DNA from: Octopus vulgaris
Lineage: Eukaryota
NCBI GenBank assembly: GCA_951406725.2
Contig: OX597817.1
Span: 132,990,001-133,054,000, forward strand
Length of the DNA: 64,000 nt
Direction: 5' to 3'
A model generated the notes under the pieces. That model made no database searches, had not been told where the DNA came from, and saw only the letters and a list, made by a program, of their open reading frames with translations. The first letter of the stretch is position 1. Each line of letters begins with the position of its first letter. The position numbers were made by a program, and so were the translations under genes. Shown in pieces: positions 41,855 to 55,580 of this stretch.

Positions 41855-43084
41855 GTGAAACACTTTTCCTTTCATACTCCATTCATTATTTCCTGTATTA
41901 CAATCCAGTGTGGAGCTGTTCTATTTGTGTGAGATACATGTTAGAGTTGAACCTTCTGTAAATATTCTATAGATTTTATATATCGAAACTCAAAGTTGGA
42001 AAAAAGATCTGGCATTATTTTATTCACCATTACAAATGTTTCATTTGCTTATAGGAATTATAAAATTGTACATGTTGGATAACCAGCAGAAACACGTATT
42101 CGTTGTGAAAAAAAAATTGCTTTTCTGAACTTTCCTTCGTTCAAATGACTGATGTTTATGATCTTAAATAAGAATGGATCCTTTCTAGAGTAAACCGATT
42201 TATTTTAAAAGAAGTCACCTTTGTTTTGTTTTATTTTTCATTAAGGCAGGGATCTAACGGCATTTTTGTATCTTTTATAGGAAATGTTGCCAATAACATT
42301 TTTGCCATAGGAAAATTCACCGTGAGAAATTGCATTTTAAATGCCCTCATTGCATACTTTTAATGTCTGACGTTAAATAATGACTTTCCCATTTAATGCT
42401 TTTATAAAACCATTTTTCTTTAATTTAAAAAAAAAATGCTGTTATGATAACACTTTACCATTGTCCATGCGGCAGATCTGTCTGCGGCTAAATTTACTTA
42501 TTTTTCGAGGTCGATAAAATAAGTTTCACTTCTTAGGGATTGAAATGATATAATCAACGCAGTCCCCTCCCATCAAAATGGTTTGCTTCCTACCAAAATT
42601 AGAAAGCTCTATTTATTATTATTTTCATTCTTTGAAATTTAAGCTGTACTTTCTACTACAAATTGAATAAAACGTTGTAATCTCCTGAGAGAGAATCCGT
42701 CACCGGACGCAGTGCTATGTTACCGATTTCAATGTCGGCGAACTTCTTTCTTGAAGAACATGGAATTAGGCGGAAGGAAACAAATATTTAGTTTGCATTT
42801 TCAATCGTATGGCTTTCCCTCTTTTTTTGCCTTATTCAAAGCAAAGAGTTAAGAGGTTTTGATGGGCGAATCAAGTATTATGTTTGTACAGGGGACTATA
42901 GCTGTAAAAATGACTGTTTTTACACTAATCTAAACTGGTTCTGTTATTTTTCTAATGTGGTCCCACGAGGGAGAGCAAATGGCTGTAGCAAACATATAGA
43001 ATTAGTCGCGAAGTGTGGGAGTTGGTAATTATTTAATTGGTCGGACAGATATCATGACAGCAACTGTGGCTCTAAAGAGCTGTG

Positions 43085-43880
43085 TATGGCGGTGGTGGTG
43101 GTGGTGGGGGTGGGGGTGGGGGTGATGGTCGTCGTCGCCGTCTTGACGGCGGCAGTGGTGTTGGTGGGGATTGTGTTGGTTGCGGTTGTGATGGTGGTGG
43201 CGGTTGTGATCGCAGTGGTGGTCGTGAAGATGGTGGTAGCGGTAGTGGTAGTGTCAGGGATCATGATGCTGGTCGTCATAGGGACGGTTGTGGGTGTGTT
43301 GATGGTGGTGGTGTAGGTGGTGGTAGTGGTGGTTGTAGCGATGGTGATGATGGTGATGGTGTAGGTGGTGTAGGTGGTGGTGAGGATGATCATCGTAGGT
43401 GGGAGTTATGGAGGTAGCGGGTATCGATGGATGCGGCTGCGGTGGTGGTAGTGGTGGTGGTAGCGATGGTGGTGATGGTGATGGTGGTCGTCGTCGCAAT
43501 GATGATGGGGATGTTGGTGGTGGCGAGTGGTGGTGAAGCAGTATCGATGGTATGGTGGTGGTGGCGATGGTGGTTGTGGTATCGGTGTTGATGGTAGAAG
43601 TGACGTTGCTGATGGTGGTGGTGGCGGTGGTGGGGATGGCGGTGGTGGGGATGGTGGTGGTGGTGGTGGTGGTGGTGGTGATGGCGGTGGTAGTGGTGGT
43701 AGTGGTGGTGGTGGTGGTGGTGGTGGTGGTGGTGGTGGTGGTGATGGCGGTGGTAGTGGTGGTGGTGGTGGTGATGGCGGCGGTGGTGGTGGTGATGGCG
43801 GCGGTGGTGGTGGTGGTGCTGATGGCGGTGGTGCTGATGGTGGTGGTAGTGGTGGTGGTGATGGTGGTGGTGCTGTTGGT
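43085..43880. repeat. Degenerate (GGT)n-rich low-complexity tract
   Basis: Directly visible. A similar (GGT)/(GCT) tract lies at 53990-54165. Confidence 0.93.
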
Positions 43881-44259
43881 TACGATATTAAGCCTATTTG
43901 CAAAAGAAAAAAGTCCACCAGGGATTTTAAATAAAATAAAATAAAATAAAATAAAATAAAATAAAAATGCTCGTCTTTGCTGTTTTTGCTTTGTGTCACT
44001 TAATGTCTAAACCCGACACTGTTTGTGGTAATTAGTCTCGGCTCGTGTGTTGTTTCTTCTAAAGATATTGCAGAAAAAAAGTGACTTTCAGTTCCAATAC
44101 TTTTGCAAGAATGGGAATGTCGATGTGACGCTGACGAGGAGACAATAATATCAAAACGTGCTCAGAGTTGTCACCTGTATTTGATAAAATATAATCTTAT
44201 TAATATTGTATAACTTAAAAGTCTGAAAACTGTGATTATTATCGTTTCTTTTATGCATT

Positions 44260-44480
44260 AAAGCGCCTAGCTTAGTGGTTACGATGTTTAGCCCACGATC
44301 GTCAGGTCGCGGGTTGGATTCTCAGCGGCCCGTTGTGTCCTTGCTCGAAATGCTTTACTCCATGTTGCTCCCGTCCACTCAGCTGGCAAAAATGAAATGT
44401 ACCTGTAATTCGAAAGGGGCCAGCCTTGTCGCATTCTGTGTCACGCTGAATCTATCTTTGATCTCCGTTGAGGGTACGAC
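44260..44480 (+). mobile_element. SINE-C, diverged and 3'-truncated
   Basis: gcttagtggtta...gttgtgtccttg...aaaggggccagccttgtcgcattctgtgtcacgctgaatct. Confidence 0.78.
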
Positions 44481-45318
44481 TGCCTATTTGTATGATGTAC
44501 GATTTTGCTTATGATGTAGGTATTTACGATATATGAATATATGATTTATGTACGCGTGTGAGTGTATGTGTGTGTGTTTGTGTGTTTGTGTGTGTGTTTG
44601 TGTGTGTGTTTGTGTGTGTGTGCGTGTGTTTGTGTGTGAGTGAGCGCGTGCGCATGCGTGCGTGTGTGTACTTGGAACGTTGGGTCACTTATCAGCCATT
44701 GAATTGTTTTCCAGAGAAACTCCAACACCCTTCTTTGCCCGAACTGTAAAACGAATAGCATCCACAGTTGCTCTTGTCTACCATTTTCTCAGTGCCACGA
44801 CACCTCACGAAGAACTGTTGGATAAATACCTTTCAGAAGAAGCCAAGACAAATCGCAAATATCTCAAAACGAAGCTCACTCAATATGGCGGTGTGATACC
44901 AGGACTAAGAAGAAGGTTTCATTCTCATTCTTTTGCTGATATCTCGCGCAATTGTCCAGTAAATAATAAACAAGGAAAGAGAAATTGAGAAAGAAAGGAA
45001 GAAAAAAGAAGATAGAAAGAGAAAAGACTGGGAGAGAGGAGGAGAGAGAGGATGAGGAGGGAGAGGAGGGATGGCGAGATGATCTCGTTGCATCGTATTA
45101 CTGGGAAATTGAGTTTGGAAAATCAAGTTGGTAACCAGCCTGAAGCTTTTGAGAAGTTATAGAATCGGTTTGTGTGATAATATCGAAAAGAGACGAATGT
45201 AGAGTAGTGTAATAATGTGGAAAATCTCTCTATCTCTCTCACACACACACACACAAATATACATATTATATGCATACATACATACATAAATACATACATA
45301 CATACATACATACATACA

Positions 45319-45353
<35 letters not shown>

Positions 45354-45404
45354 CCATATACATGCATATATGTACATACATATATATTCTCATTTATTCT
45401 GAAA

Positions 45405-45439
<35 letters not shown>

Positions 45440-45962
45440 TCATTTACGTAAGCAGATACACACACACACACACACACTCGACTATATATGCCTTTGTATA
45501 CATTTATCAAAATAGCAGTAATTTCATTTCGCGATGACCATTTGTTGGTCGGTTGTTGCTGGTTATTTTGGGAAGCGGTAAGATATCAGGAAGCCTGAGG
45601 CGATCGCTGGTTCGAATCAGATCTCCGTGCGATCGCTTTACTTCATAAATTGAAATATATTTCGACTGTATCCCCTTAAGCTTCCCACGGAGATCGATTG
45701 TACGGAGTGGATACAATACGATTAAGTTAAATGTTCATTACGTGTTATAATAGGACTGATAAACAAGTGGAAGACGACAGCCCATGTGACCATCCCTCCT
45801 TCTTTATATCAGAGAATCTAAATGGACACAAACAAGGGCGTTGGGAATATATATATGTGAATGTTGGATAATGTTAGTTCCGGATGTGTCATGTTTTGAT
45901 AATAAAACAAGCGGGATGGTCACGGATAGTATGTCTGTGAGTACATATTTTCTCCGTAATAT

Positions 45963-46185
45963 AGGCGCAGATGTGGCTGCGTGGTTAAGAAGATCGCTTT
46001 GCAGCCACGTGGCTTCAGGTTCAAATGCCTTGTACTACAGTCTCGCCCCGACCAGTGTTTTATGAATGAATTTTGTAAATAGAAACTGTGCAGAAGCTCG
46101 TCGTGCATACATATATATATATATATGTATGTATGTACGTCTATATATATATATATATATGTGTGTATGTATGTATACACACACG

Positions 46186-46236
<51 letters not shown>

Positions 46237-46750
46237 CTTCAATTACAAGTTAAATGCCTCATTAAGGGATAATTTACCGGTTTATTACATATTATTTTTT
46301 ATTTTAATATTATATTTAATATTCAAAAATAAGGTAATTAGATACAATGAAGTTTATATTTATTTAAGAAAAAAAAAGAAAATAGAGATAAATAAATAAA
46401 TATTTATTAATTAGAAAAATAGGCACAGTGCATGACAGCTGTTTCGATTGAAACTTTAGAAATTAATCAAAATAGCTAAAACATTATAAAGTTGAATCTT
46501 GTCGGAGGTAGAAAATAGATATACCGTTACATTATTGACTTAACTCATAAAAATACAAAAATGTAATGGTATATCTTTTTTCTACCTCCAACGAGATTCA
46601 ACTTTACAATGTTTTATTTATTTTAATTAATTTCTATAGTTTGAATCTAAAGTTTCATGTATTGTGCCTATTTTTCTAATTAATAATTATTTATTTATTT
46701 ATTTATCTCTATTTTCTTTCTTTTCTGTCTTATACACACACACACACACT

Positions 46751-46805
<55 letters not shown>

Positions 46806-46834
46806 ATATATATGTATATATATATATATATATA

Positions 46835-46887
<53 letters not shown>

Positions 46888-47173
46888 GTGTGTTTGTCTT
46901 TTTTGTGTGTATGTGTGTGTACATATATATATGTAAACACATATATGTATTTGTGTGCGTGTATGTGTATGTCTTTTTGTCCGTGTTTGTCCCACACCGC
47001 TGCTTTACAACCGATGTTATTTTTACGTCCCCGTAACTTAACGGTTCGGCGAAAGGAACTGATAGAATAAGCAGCAGACTTAAGAAACTTTTCTGGGATC
47101 CGTATATTTGACTAAACCCTTCAAGGCGGTGACCCAGCGTGGCCGCCGTCCAATGACTGAAAGAAGTAAAAGA
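45963..47173 (+). mobile_element. SINE-A expanded by microsatellites and a nested inverted-repeat element
   Basis: Head 45963-46105, tail about 46975-47173, insert 46236-46732 inside the internal (TA)n. Confidence 0.75.
46365..46732. repeat. Inverted repeat with arms of about 170 bp (46365-46533 and 46560-46732), PLE-like
   Basis: Arms are about 80% complementary by eye. The minus strand has GAAA-CAGCTG-TC at 46434-46445. Confidence 0.8.
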
Positions 47174-47179
47174 GACCAG

Positions 47180-47390
47180 GAATGACATTGGCCTAAACAT
47201 CAGGTGGATCTGCTAGAAACAGCAGCCAAACTCTCTTATGGAATCATCTCTGTTGCCTTGAGAAACGGGAAGGATACAGTGGATGATGCAGACCTGTATT
47301 AACTTAATAGGACGAGATGGTCATGGATGGAATGACTCTAATCATAAGGATGTCTGCCTGATCAGGACTGATTTGCAACTAAACAGAACC
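47180..47390 (+). mobile_element. Old repeat family D fragment
   Basis: ctgctagaaacagcagccaaa...gatcaggactga...ctaaaca. Related fragments at about 47880-48068, 40405-40475 (minus), 33995-34025 (minus) and 54560-54585 (minus). Confidence 0.55.
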
Positions 47391-48307
47391 GCTCCCGCCG
47401 CCTCAATGCCTCTCCACGTCACTACTATCAGTGCTAACAATAGCACTGGTTCCATACCATCACCATCACCACCACCGCCACCACAAACAGAACAGCCATC
47501 ACCTCATATAGCACCAACAAGAACAACAGCAACAACAACGGCGCCACTCCAACTCCAACACGAAGAACAACAACGGCGGTGATATCACAACCACCACCAC
47601 CACCACCACCACTACCACCACCACGACCAACAACAACAACAACAAGTGATAGATGTTGAAGACAACCATTTGCGATACTGCTGTGAATTTAATCTCGATA
47701 AATTGTTCGTCCATAAAATCAAAATGACATACTTGACATGTGACCGTTGTTGTTGTGGTGTCACTTCCGGTTGCAGCGAAGCAGTAAATTTATCAGTATG
47801 AAAGTAAGTAATCGAATTCTTCGAAGCATCGAAACATTCAATATGTAATCACACAAACCAACACGTGGTTTGTGGAACGGGAAGAAATAGTAGCAGAAAA
47901 TCCCTCAAATTGCACTCAACTGCATAGGAAACAGCGAGAGACACACTGGTTAATGTAGTCCTAGATGCACTGTTCTTCAGCGAATAATTCTATGCTTAAG
48001 CCTTGAATATCTTTGATCATAGATCACATTCAACAGAGTTACCTGGGGTTAAATAATAACAGCAACAACAATCACATTACGTACAGCTAAATATTTCCAT
48101 CGGTCACCTTTTATATACCACACATACACACAAACATCCAAACATACACAAACACAAACACATACACGCGCATATATATGTATATATATAGAAAGAGAGA
48201 GAGAGAGAGAGAAAGAGAAATACATATATTAGAATCCGACGAAGGCTAACAGGATAAAATTCGAAGTCACTAGCACCACTCTAGTAAACACACACACACA
48301 CACACAC

Positions 48308-48390
<83 letters not shown>

Positions 48391-48525
48391 GAGAGAGAAT
48401 GAGAGAGATAAAAAGAATGAAAGAAAGTGAAATACATATATTAAAACCTGATTGTCAGCAGCGCAGAGAGAACAAGCTCTCGGCCGATTGCAAGCAGGGT
48501 AGCTTGCCCTGGTTGTTGCGGAAGC

Positions 48526-48953
48526 TTACTATATCCAAATTCCGCACCCAATTCGTACCCAATTGAATACCTGTGGGATGAAATCCAGAAACGGCTGAAC
48601 CAGATGGTTCCAAGGCGGATAATTCGTGTGGAAGTGGAGGCAGCTTTCCTCATGGTATGGGCACAAGTGCCAATGGCTTTTGTGAACCACCTCATGCACT
48701 CCATGTACCGACGGTGTATGGCCATTTTGAACACCAAGGGGGAGCATACATGGTATTGAACATGTCACGCCCTACAATCTCGATGTGCTGGATCCGCCCA
48801 CTACCAAAACACATAATAACGACCCATACACTTTGGTTAAAATGCATCCAAGAAACTGAATTTATCAGATTTATCAAAATTTATCTCTGACACAATGAAA
48901 AAAGCATATTTCACAATCACACACGTATAGCGTATCTTTTGCGGTTCAGAGTA
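48526..48953 (+). mobile_element. Tc1-family transposon 3' remnant: transposase C-terminus (48526-48759), TIR and TA
   Basis: Translates to ...YPIEYLWDEIQKRL...FLMVWAQVPMAFVNHLMHSMYRRCMAILNTKGEHTWY*, matching the Tc1 pattern NPIE-W...SM-RRC...GGHT-Y. Ends gcgtatcttttgcggttcagag-TA. Confidence 0.85.
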
Positions 48954-49455
48954 TTTCGACAGTTTTTCAAATTCTTTTGCTGTGATGTTTCTATCAATAG
49001 GTACTGGAATGTCAATTAACAGGCGTGTATTTTGCTTGATGTCTTGATGTATGGTCTGTTAGTATTTATTTTCCTGTCTGTATGTATTCCATACTCCCAT
49101 AGGATGGTAACATTTTCTCCCTCTTAGCAATTGGCTCTTGATGGTATTCATACCCATTCATAGGGTGCGGAACATCATAGTGACAGCATACGTTCCAGTG
49201 TAAGTATTGGCCAACTCGATCATGCCTGGTTTTATATTCTGTAGGGCCAACGACTGAGCCACTGCCAACAATGTGTTCAATACTCTCAAGTTCGTCATTG
49301 CAGAGTCGACACTTTGTGTCTACTTCATTGTTTGTGACATTAGCTTGATAGTTCCGCGTGAGGAAACTCTGATCTTGAGCCGCTAGGATACAAATCCTTC
49401 TGTTTCCGCTTTCAAACCAACACTCTGCAGCCGCTGATGCGTTCTTCTTATATCT
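48954..49455 (-). pseudogene. Decayed R4/Dong-clade LINE fragment (zinc knuckle and restriction-like endonuclease)
   Basis: ILAAQDQSFLTRNYQ...KCRLC...EHIV...YKTRHDRVGQYLHW, with frameshifts. The 5' side abuts (TTA)n at 49460-49600. Confidence 0.9.
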
Positions 49456-49481
49456 ACGTATTATTATAGTTATTATTATTA

Positions 49482-49602
<121 letters not shown>

Positions 49603-50288
49603 AAGACTCATAAAATGTAATCAGTATCTTGAGAAGTTGTCAAATATTATAGATTACAGGTGCTCAATTATCGTCTCTTCATTTCATCTTTTCCTGTCGA
49701 GAATAATATCTGAAAATGGTGGAAGTGTCGGCGGTGATGGTGACGATAATGGCGGACGGTGCTAAGGCCTTATAGTTCACAAAGCATGAAGCCGTTACCT
49801 GTCTGTCATATTATCAAATTTATCATATTTTTTTTAGCTGTTTTCTCTCTCTCTGCTTCTCTCACTTCCTACACACTCTCTCTCACCCACCCCCTTTCCA
49901 CACGTTTCTTCCGCAAAACTTATATTTTTATGATCAAGCAAGTAAAATTCTCTGGTGGCTTAAACATACTCTTTGCGAAGATATATATCTAATCATCACG
50001 TCAATTTGGAGAGAGAAGAAAGCAGCAATGGCGATGGCAAAAACACCAGAGAACCTTTCACATTAGCAACAACATAATCAGCAACAACAGCAACAACAAC
50101 AACAATAACAACAATGGCTGCAGCGGCAGCAGCAGCAACAGCAACAACAACAACAACAACGATAATAGGATTAGTTATACAGCGAATACAAATATAACAA
50201 TATTTTCCCGCAAAAATAGGTGGGAATAACTTTACTGACTGGTTTGGTTTCACTCTGTCACTTGTCAAGAAAATACTACTACTACTAC

Positions 50289-50417
<129 letters not shown>

Positions 50418-50816
50418 TAATAATTCTACTGAAGGTCGTATTATTTTTCGCTGCTGACCAGATACATTACTTTATATCATTCAATGCGTTTTCTGTAGCA
50501 AGTCTTGATCCTTAAACAGAAGGTAGATGTTTCTCCATCCTCCAAGACTACATAAAAGCATAGAGGCACACACATCCACACAAACACACATACATATGCA
50601 TACGTAACCACACACATACAATCAATCACATACATACAGCCATATATATTCAATAAAAAAAGATACGCTTGTCGCACACTAATTATATATCACAAAAACT
50701 CCTTTCAGTGACATTCTCTATAATTATATATATATATGGGTGTGTGTTTGTGTGTACCTCTGTGTGTGTCCGTGTCCGTGTCCGTGGGAGTCTCCATATA
50801 TATGTATATTGCAATC

Positions 50817-50848
<32 letters not shown>

Positions 50849-51845
50849 ATTGTATATGTCTGTGTGTATTTATACCTGTATTCTATATATATGCATGAAT
50901 GTGTGTGTCTATATACATACACATATTTATATATATTATCTGCATATGGTATATATGTATACACGCACCTACATGCATCAACATACACTCACTCACTTAC
51001 ACACACACTCGCACACACAAATGCAAATATATACGTATATGTATATATATATATGTATATACATACATATATATATATGTGTGTGTGTGTATGTATGTAA
51101 ATACATATCGACATAGTATGATATCTCACGAGTTGTATGTATTAGTTTTTAGGAGTGTCTACATAACCTCGAGGGTGTTATACGTACATATGCCTACACA
51201 CACCCATCCTGACTCAGTCAATCCCACACACGCACATACACCTTCAAACCCCACCCCAACAACATTCAATCAATCATTTTTATACACGGATGAAAACATA
51301 CATTTATTTACATTTTCGTATATATTTAGGTTTTTCTAAAAGCAACTGCATACGTGAAATTAACATCATGATTAACTTATACTTTATATGCCCACACTCA
51401 GACAAATACACTCGCACATTATGTATGTGAGCAAGTATGTATGTATGTATGTATGTATGTATGTATGTATGTATGTATGTATGTATGTATGTATGTATGT
51501 ATGTGTGTATGTATGTATGTATGTACGTATGTATGTACTGGCACATGGGTTCTTACATAAACAAATCAATACCACAATATATTTTCGAAGACAAAAATTA
51601 ATGAAGATGCTTCGATATTCTCGTGGGATTTCTAAACTGACTTGCATGACAATACATTCTTTTACAAATACAGATATAATATATTTTATATATAAATATC
51701 TATATATACAGATACAAACGTATGTATACACACACGTATTTATGCGTATATGTATTTGTGTGTATGTATATATACGTTTATACACATGCACAAATGTATA
51801 TACAGTTATACATACATATATATACATACCTATATATATATATAT

Positions 51846-51910
<65 letters not shown>

Positions 51911-52629
51911 ACATATGTATATATATATACATATACACACATATAGATAGGCAGACAGACAGACAGACAGACAAACAGATAGATAGATATGTATGTGTGC
52001 ATGTATGTATGCATGCATGTATGTATGTATGTATACGTAAGCAAAATTACCTAAACCACTAACTCTACGCTTAGATGGCATGGCGATTTCTTATGGAACA
52101 TTTATCCCTAAGGACAAAAATCTTGAAATGTAATTTCGTAAAATTTGACAACACAATCAGAGACAGACTTATTTTCCTCTTGACTTTCATGACAAATGGA
52201 TATACCATTTTCTTTTTTCCCTCTTTCTTCCCCATCACCCTGCCGACATCTTTGTTTTCTGACACCTGATTGTCTATTAGAATACCTCTTTAGCATATCA
52301 TCTTATATTTTTAACAACCTTTGTATTTATTCCAGCAGGATTCGAATAGATAAACATATTTTAAGTTTATAATAGAAATGTTGCGTTTTTTCGTTTTCGA
52401 GCAAATTGATATTACACTGTATAGTCCTTGCAGATTGTTCTGTATTCTATTATTCTTGATACAGCAATTTTTGTCGTGGTGGTGGGGTGGAGCCGATTTG
52501 CTGTAATGGCTTTTGGTGTGCTGATTCTCTTTGAGTCTATATGTTTGTTTTCAAAGTATCGAAATCTGAGTCTTTTCACAAAATGCAGCCTCAGTGTTTC
52601 GAATTTAGACCTAGTATTTATCATATATT

Positions 52630-53085
52630 TTATCCATCCACCGATTTCTTCTGAGGGTCGTTGGGGAAGGGTCCTCAGACATCTCCTCCGTAGCTACAGA
52701 AGCAACCGTCTTTGCACCTTCCCAACTGGATTCTCAAGGAGGACCAACGGATACTAATGGATTCTATTCAACCATGTCGTTCTTGGTTCTTTTCCTAAGT
52801 CTTCTGCTGGTTGTTTCGGCTAGAAGAATCCATCTTACGATTCTTTCCTGAAATGTCTGCGATTCTTTCCTGAAACTTTTAATGAAATGTCCTCAATGCT
52901 GAGGTGTAGTGGCCATATCTGGAAATACTCTCATCTCTGATCTAAGCACGATCTTGAGTAACATTAATTCAGAGACCCTTTAGAGAAACCCCATCTCGAC
53001 CGCATTTATTCGCGATCGAACGACTCTTTCACTCACTGCGCAGTATTCATGACCATAGTCGTAGTTAGACGCAAAAACCGAATCT
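52630..53085 (-). pseudogene. RTE-clade (Rex3/Expander-like) LINE 3' fragment
   Basis: Minus strand peptides YGHEYCAVSER..RSRINAVEMGFL*RV and RPRTTWLNRI (frameshifted); ends ...cgaccctc...ggatggat. Confidence 0.8.
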
Positions 53086-53339
53086 GGCTTTTTAATCTGT
53101 TATATTTTATGCATTAATCATGTTTTAATTCTATTTCATTTTACTCACTTCTCATTGAGTCCACTTTTTAATATGTCTGACATTTCCTTTTTATATTCTA
53201 GGGAACAAAGCTTTAAAAAAATTGGGCTACTTTATGTTTTGATATCAAATGAAAGTTCTAAAGGAAAGTGAAAGTAGAGAGTTGGAAAATTTATCTTATT
53301 CGGTGCTATCGAATGTAGTATATGGCGGGTGTTATTTTT

Positions 53340-53830
53340 TATGGGCGCCATAGTTGACCTCTTTGAGATCTGAACTGAGAAGGTAAAGAGTCAAACAGAA
53401 TACAGTGAAGCATTTTGTTCGACGCGCTGATGATTCTGCTAATCCGGCCTCTTCAACTTTTTTCTAGTTTAGATATACAACCTGAAATTTTGAGAAGAGG
53501 GGCCAGTTGATACCCCATCGATTTCGGCAGGTACTTTATTATATTGACCCCGGCCAGATGAGAGACAAAGTTGATATAAGCTAGATTTGAGCTCAAGAAT
53601 GGAAGGTAATAATGGTTTCAAATTTAGGCATGGAACCAGCTGTTTTGGGGAAGCGGGTAAGTCGATAACATCGACTGTAATGCTCAATGGGTATTTATTT
53701 TTACTGGCCTCGAAAAGATGAAAGGCAAAGTTGACCTCAGCAGAATTTGAAGACAGAACGTAAAGACGGATGAAATGCCGCTAAGCAGTTTGTTCGGCAT
53801 GGCCAACGATTCTGTCATCTCGCTGCCCTA
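53340..53830 (-). mobile_element. Three consecutive old SINE-B copies
   Basis: Repeated aaagttgacct...atttga(a/g)ctca / ggcaaagttgacctcagcagaatttgaa segments and tails. Confidence 0.75.
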
Positions 53831-54694
53831 GAATCGAAAGGAATATCGCAAACTATTTTCCCCAAAGCACAAACGATTCTGCCGTAAAGTATTTTGTAAT
53901 GGGACAAGCTTCAGACGTTTCCGTGATATCCACCCGTCTCCACCAATCGTCTTTTAGATTTCCATCTAGTGTTCAAACCACTTTATATCGGTGGTAGTGG
54001 TGGTGGTGGTGGTGGTGGTGCTGGTGGTGCTGGTGGTGCTGGTGCTGGTGCTGGTTCTGGTGCTGCTGCTGGTGGTGGTGCTGGTGGTGGTGGTGGTGGT
54101 GGTGCTGCTGCTGGTGGTGGTGGTGGTGCTGCTGCTGCTGGTGGTGGTGGTGCTGGTGGTGGTGGGATCCTACTTAGATAAGACGAGATGTATGTCTACG
54201 TTGTATGTCACATGTCTATTACGTCTGCATTACGAATAGCTTCGTTTATTGGTTGATAAGCAAACTCTTGTAATCGAGGTTGAAACCTTAAGTGGAGATG
54301 GAATTATTTCTGTGAATTACAAATACGGAGAGAGAGACAAGAGAGGGAAATAGAGATAGAGAGAGTGATAGAAAGAGACTGAGAAAGAGAGATTAAGTGG
54401 AGATAGTGGAACGAATGAGAGAGAGGGGGAAAGGCGATATTGAATAATTTTTATCGCTTCTCATGTTTAACGCTTCTTTCGTTTTCATATTAAATCTCAT
54501 TGGAAGGTAAAATACGTGAATTAAGAGTATTGCTGTCTGCGAGATGTCTTATGGTAGTGGAGTAGATTTTAACTGCTATTTCTAAATTTCGGTATGTGGT
54601 GAAGCAATTTGCTGAACCCTAATTATAATTATGCTTATAATTATAGAATTTTTGTATAAGGTTACCGATAAAGGTTATTTTAACATACCGATCT

Positions 54695-55027
54695 ACTTGG
54701 TACACCATCAAAATACAGAACCAGATACTGCAACGGTTTGGGTTTCAGGGGACCACAGCTCTTCAATATCCTTCCTAAATGCCTGAGAGACCTGCATGGT
54801 GTGGATGTGGGTTTCTTTAAAACTAAACTCGATCTCTTCTTGTCAGGGGTTGCAGATAAACTACCTCTCGGCAGGAAACACAGATGCGGGCAACGGCGTC
54901 AAACTCCCTTGTTGACCAAGTACCACGTATCAGAGGGGGTTTCACATACTAGTGTAGCACAATCAACGGTGGTCCCCAGCACGGCCGCAGCTTTCGGACT
55001 GAAGCATTTTTAAGGATTTAAGGATTA
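54695..55027 (+). pseudogene. CR1/L2-group LINE 3' end (ORF2 C-terminus, 3' UTR, octamer tail)
   Basis: RTRYCNGLGFRGPQLFNILPKCLRDL...FFKTKLDLFLS resembles the CR1/L2 ORF2 C-terminal W/F-N-LP...FK-KLD motif. Tail (taaggatt)2. Confidence 0.75.
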
Positions 55028-55219
55028 ATTAATTAATTAATTCTACGAATAACGATCGAACCAATGAGGAGGCTCAGTTTTAAAAAGATTGTTAAATGCA
55101 AACACACATACGAGTGTATGTGTATGCATCAGTGAATGTATGTATATATATATGTATATACATACACGCATACATACATACATACATACATACATACATA
55201 CATACATACATACATACAT

Positions 55220-55580
55220 AATCTTGAGAAATTAGGCTTCTCAAAATCAGGAAGGAGAAAGCTAATTCGAAGAGTACAGATCCAATCCATCACTGGAACT
55301 GTAAAAATCTGTAAAACTTTCCAGAAGTTTATCATTTAAATATGTATGAGCATGTCTAGATATGCAAATATATGCATGAGAATACATATATAAAACATAC
55401 ACATCTGCACATACATACATGCAGACATACTTCCATACATACATACATACATACATACATACATACATACATACAAACAAAAATGCCCTGTTGTTGAAAT
55501 TCCAATGAAGGAGCTTTGGATCTAGGTTAGAAACCGGTTCTTTCTCTAATGGCAAGAATTGAAGCAAACTGAATAATGAC
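55220..55580 (+). mobile_element. 5'-truncated RLE-type LINE 3' end inserted in (CATA)n
   Basis: NLEKLGFSKSGRRKLIRRVQIQSITGTVKICKTFQKFII* resembles the R4 C-terminal helix (compare VQKIVLTGTSHVLRRAL at 58486). (CATA)n lies on both sides. Confidence 0.6.

Noticed and set aside
43082-43944. Glycine-rich ORFs resembling structural proteins (also 53969-54181)
   Set aside because: Degenerate (GGT)n, open in several frames, with no convincing signal peptide or splice context.
44662-44988. 108-aa non-repetitive ORF after a ttttccAG acceptor-like site
   Set aside because: No recognisable homology or donor site; the length is compatible with chance.
47761-47810. ETS motif CACTTCCGG with a nearby GTAAGT as a possible promoter or first exon
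   Set aside because: A single short motif with no supporting promoter cluster or downstream exon.
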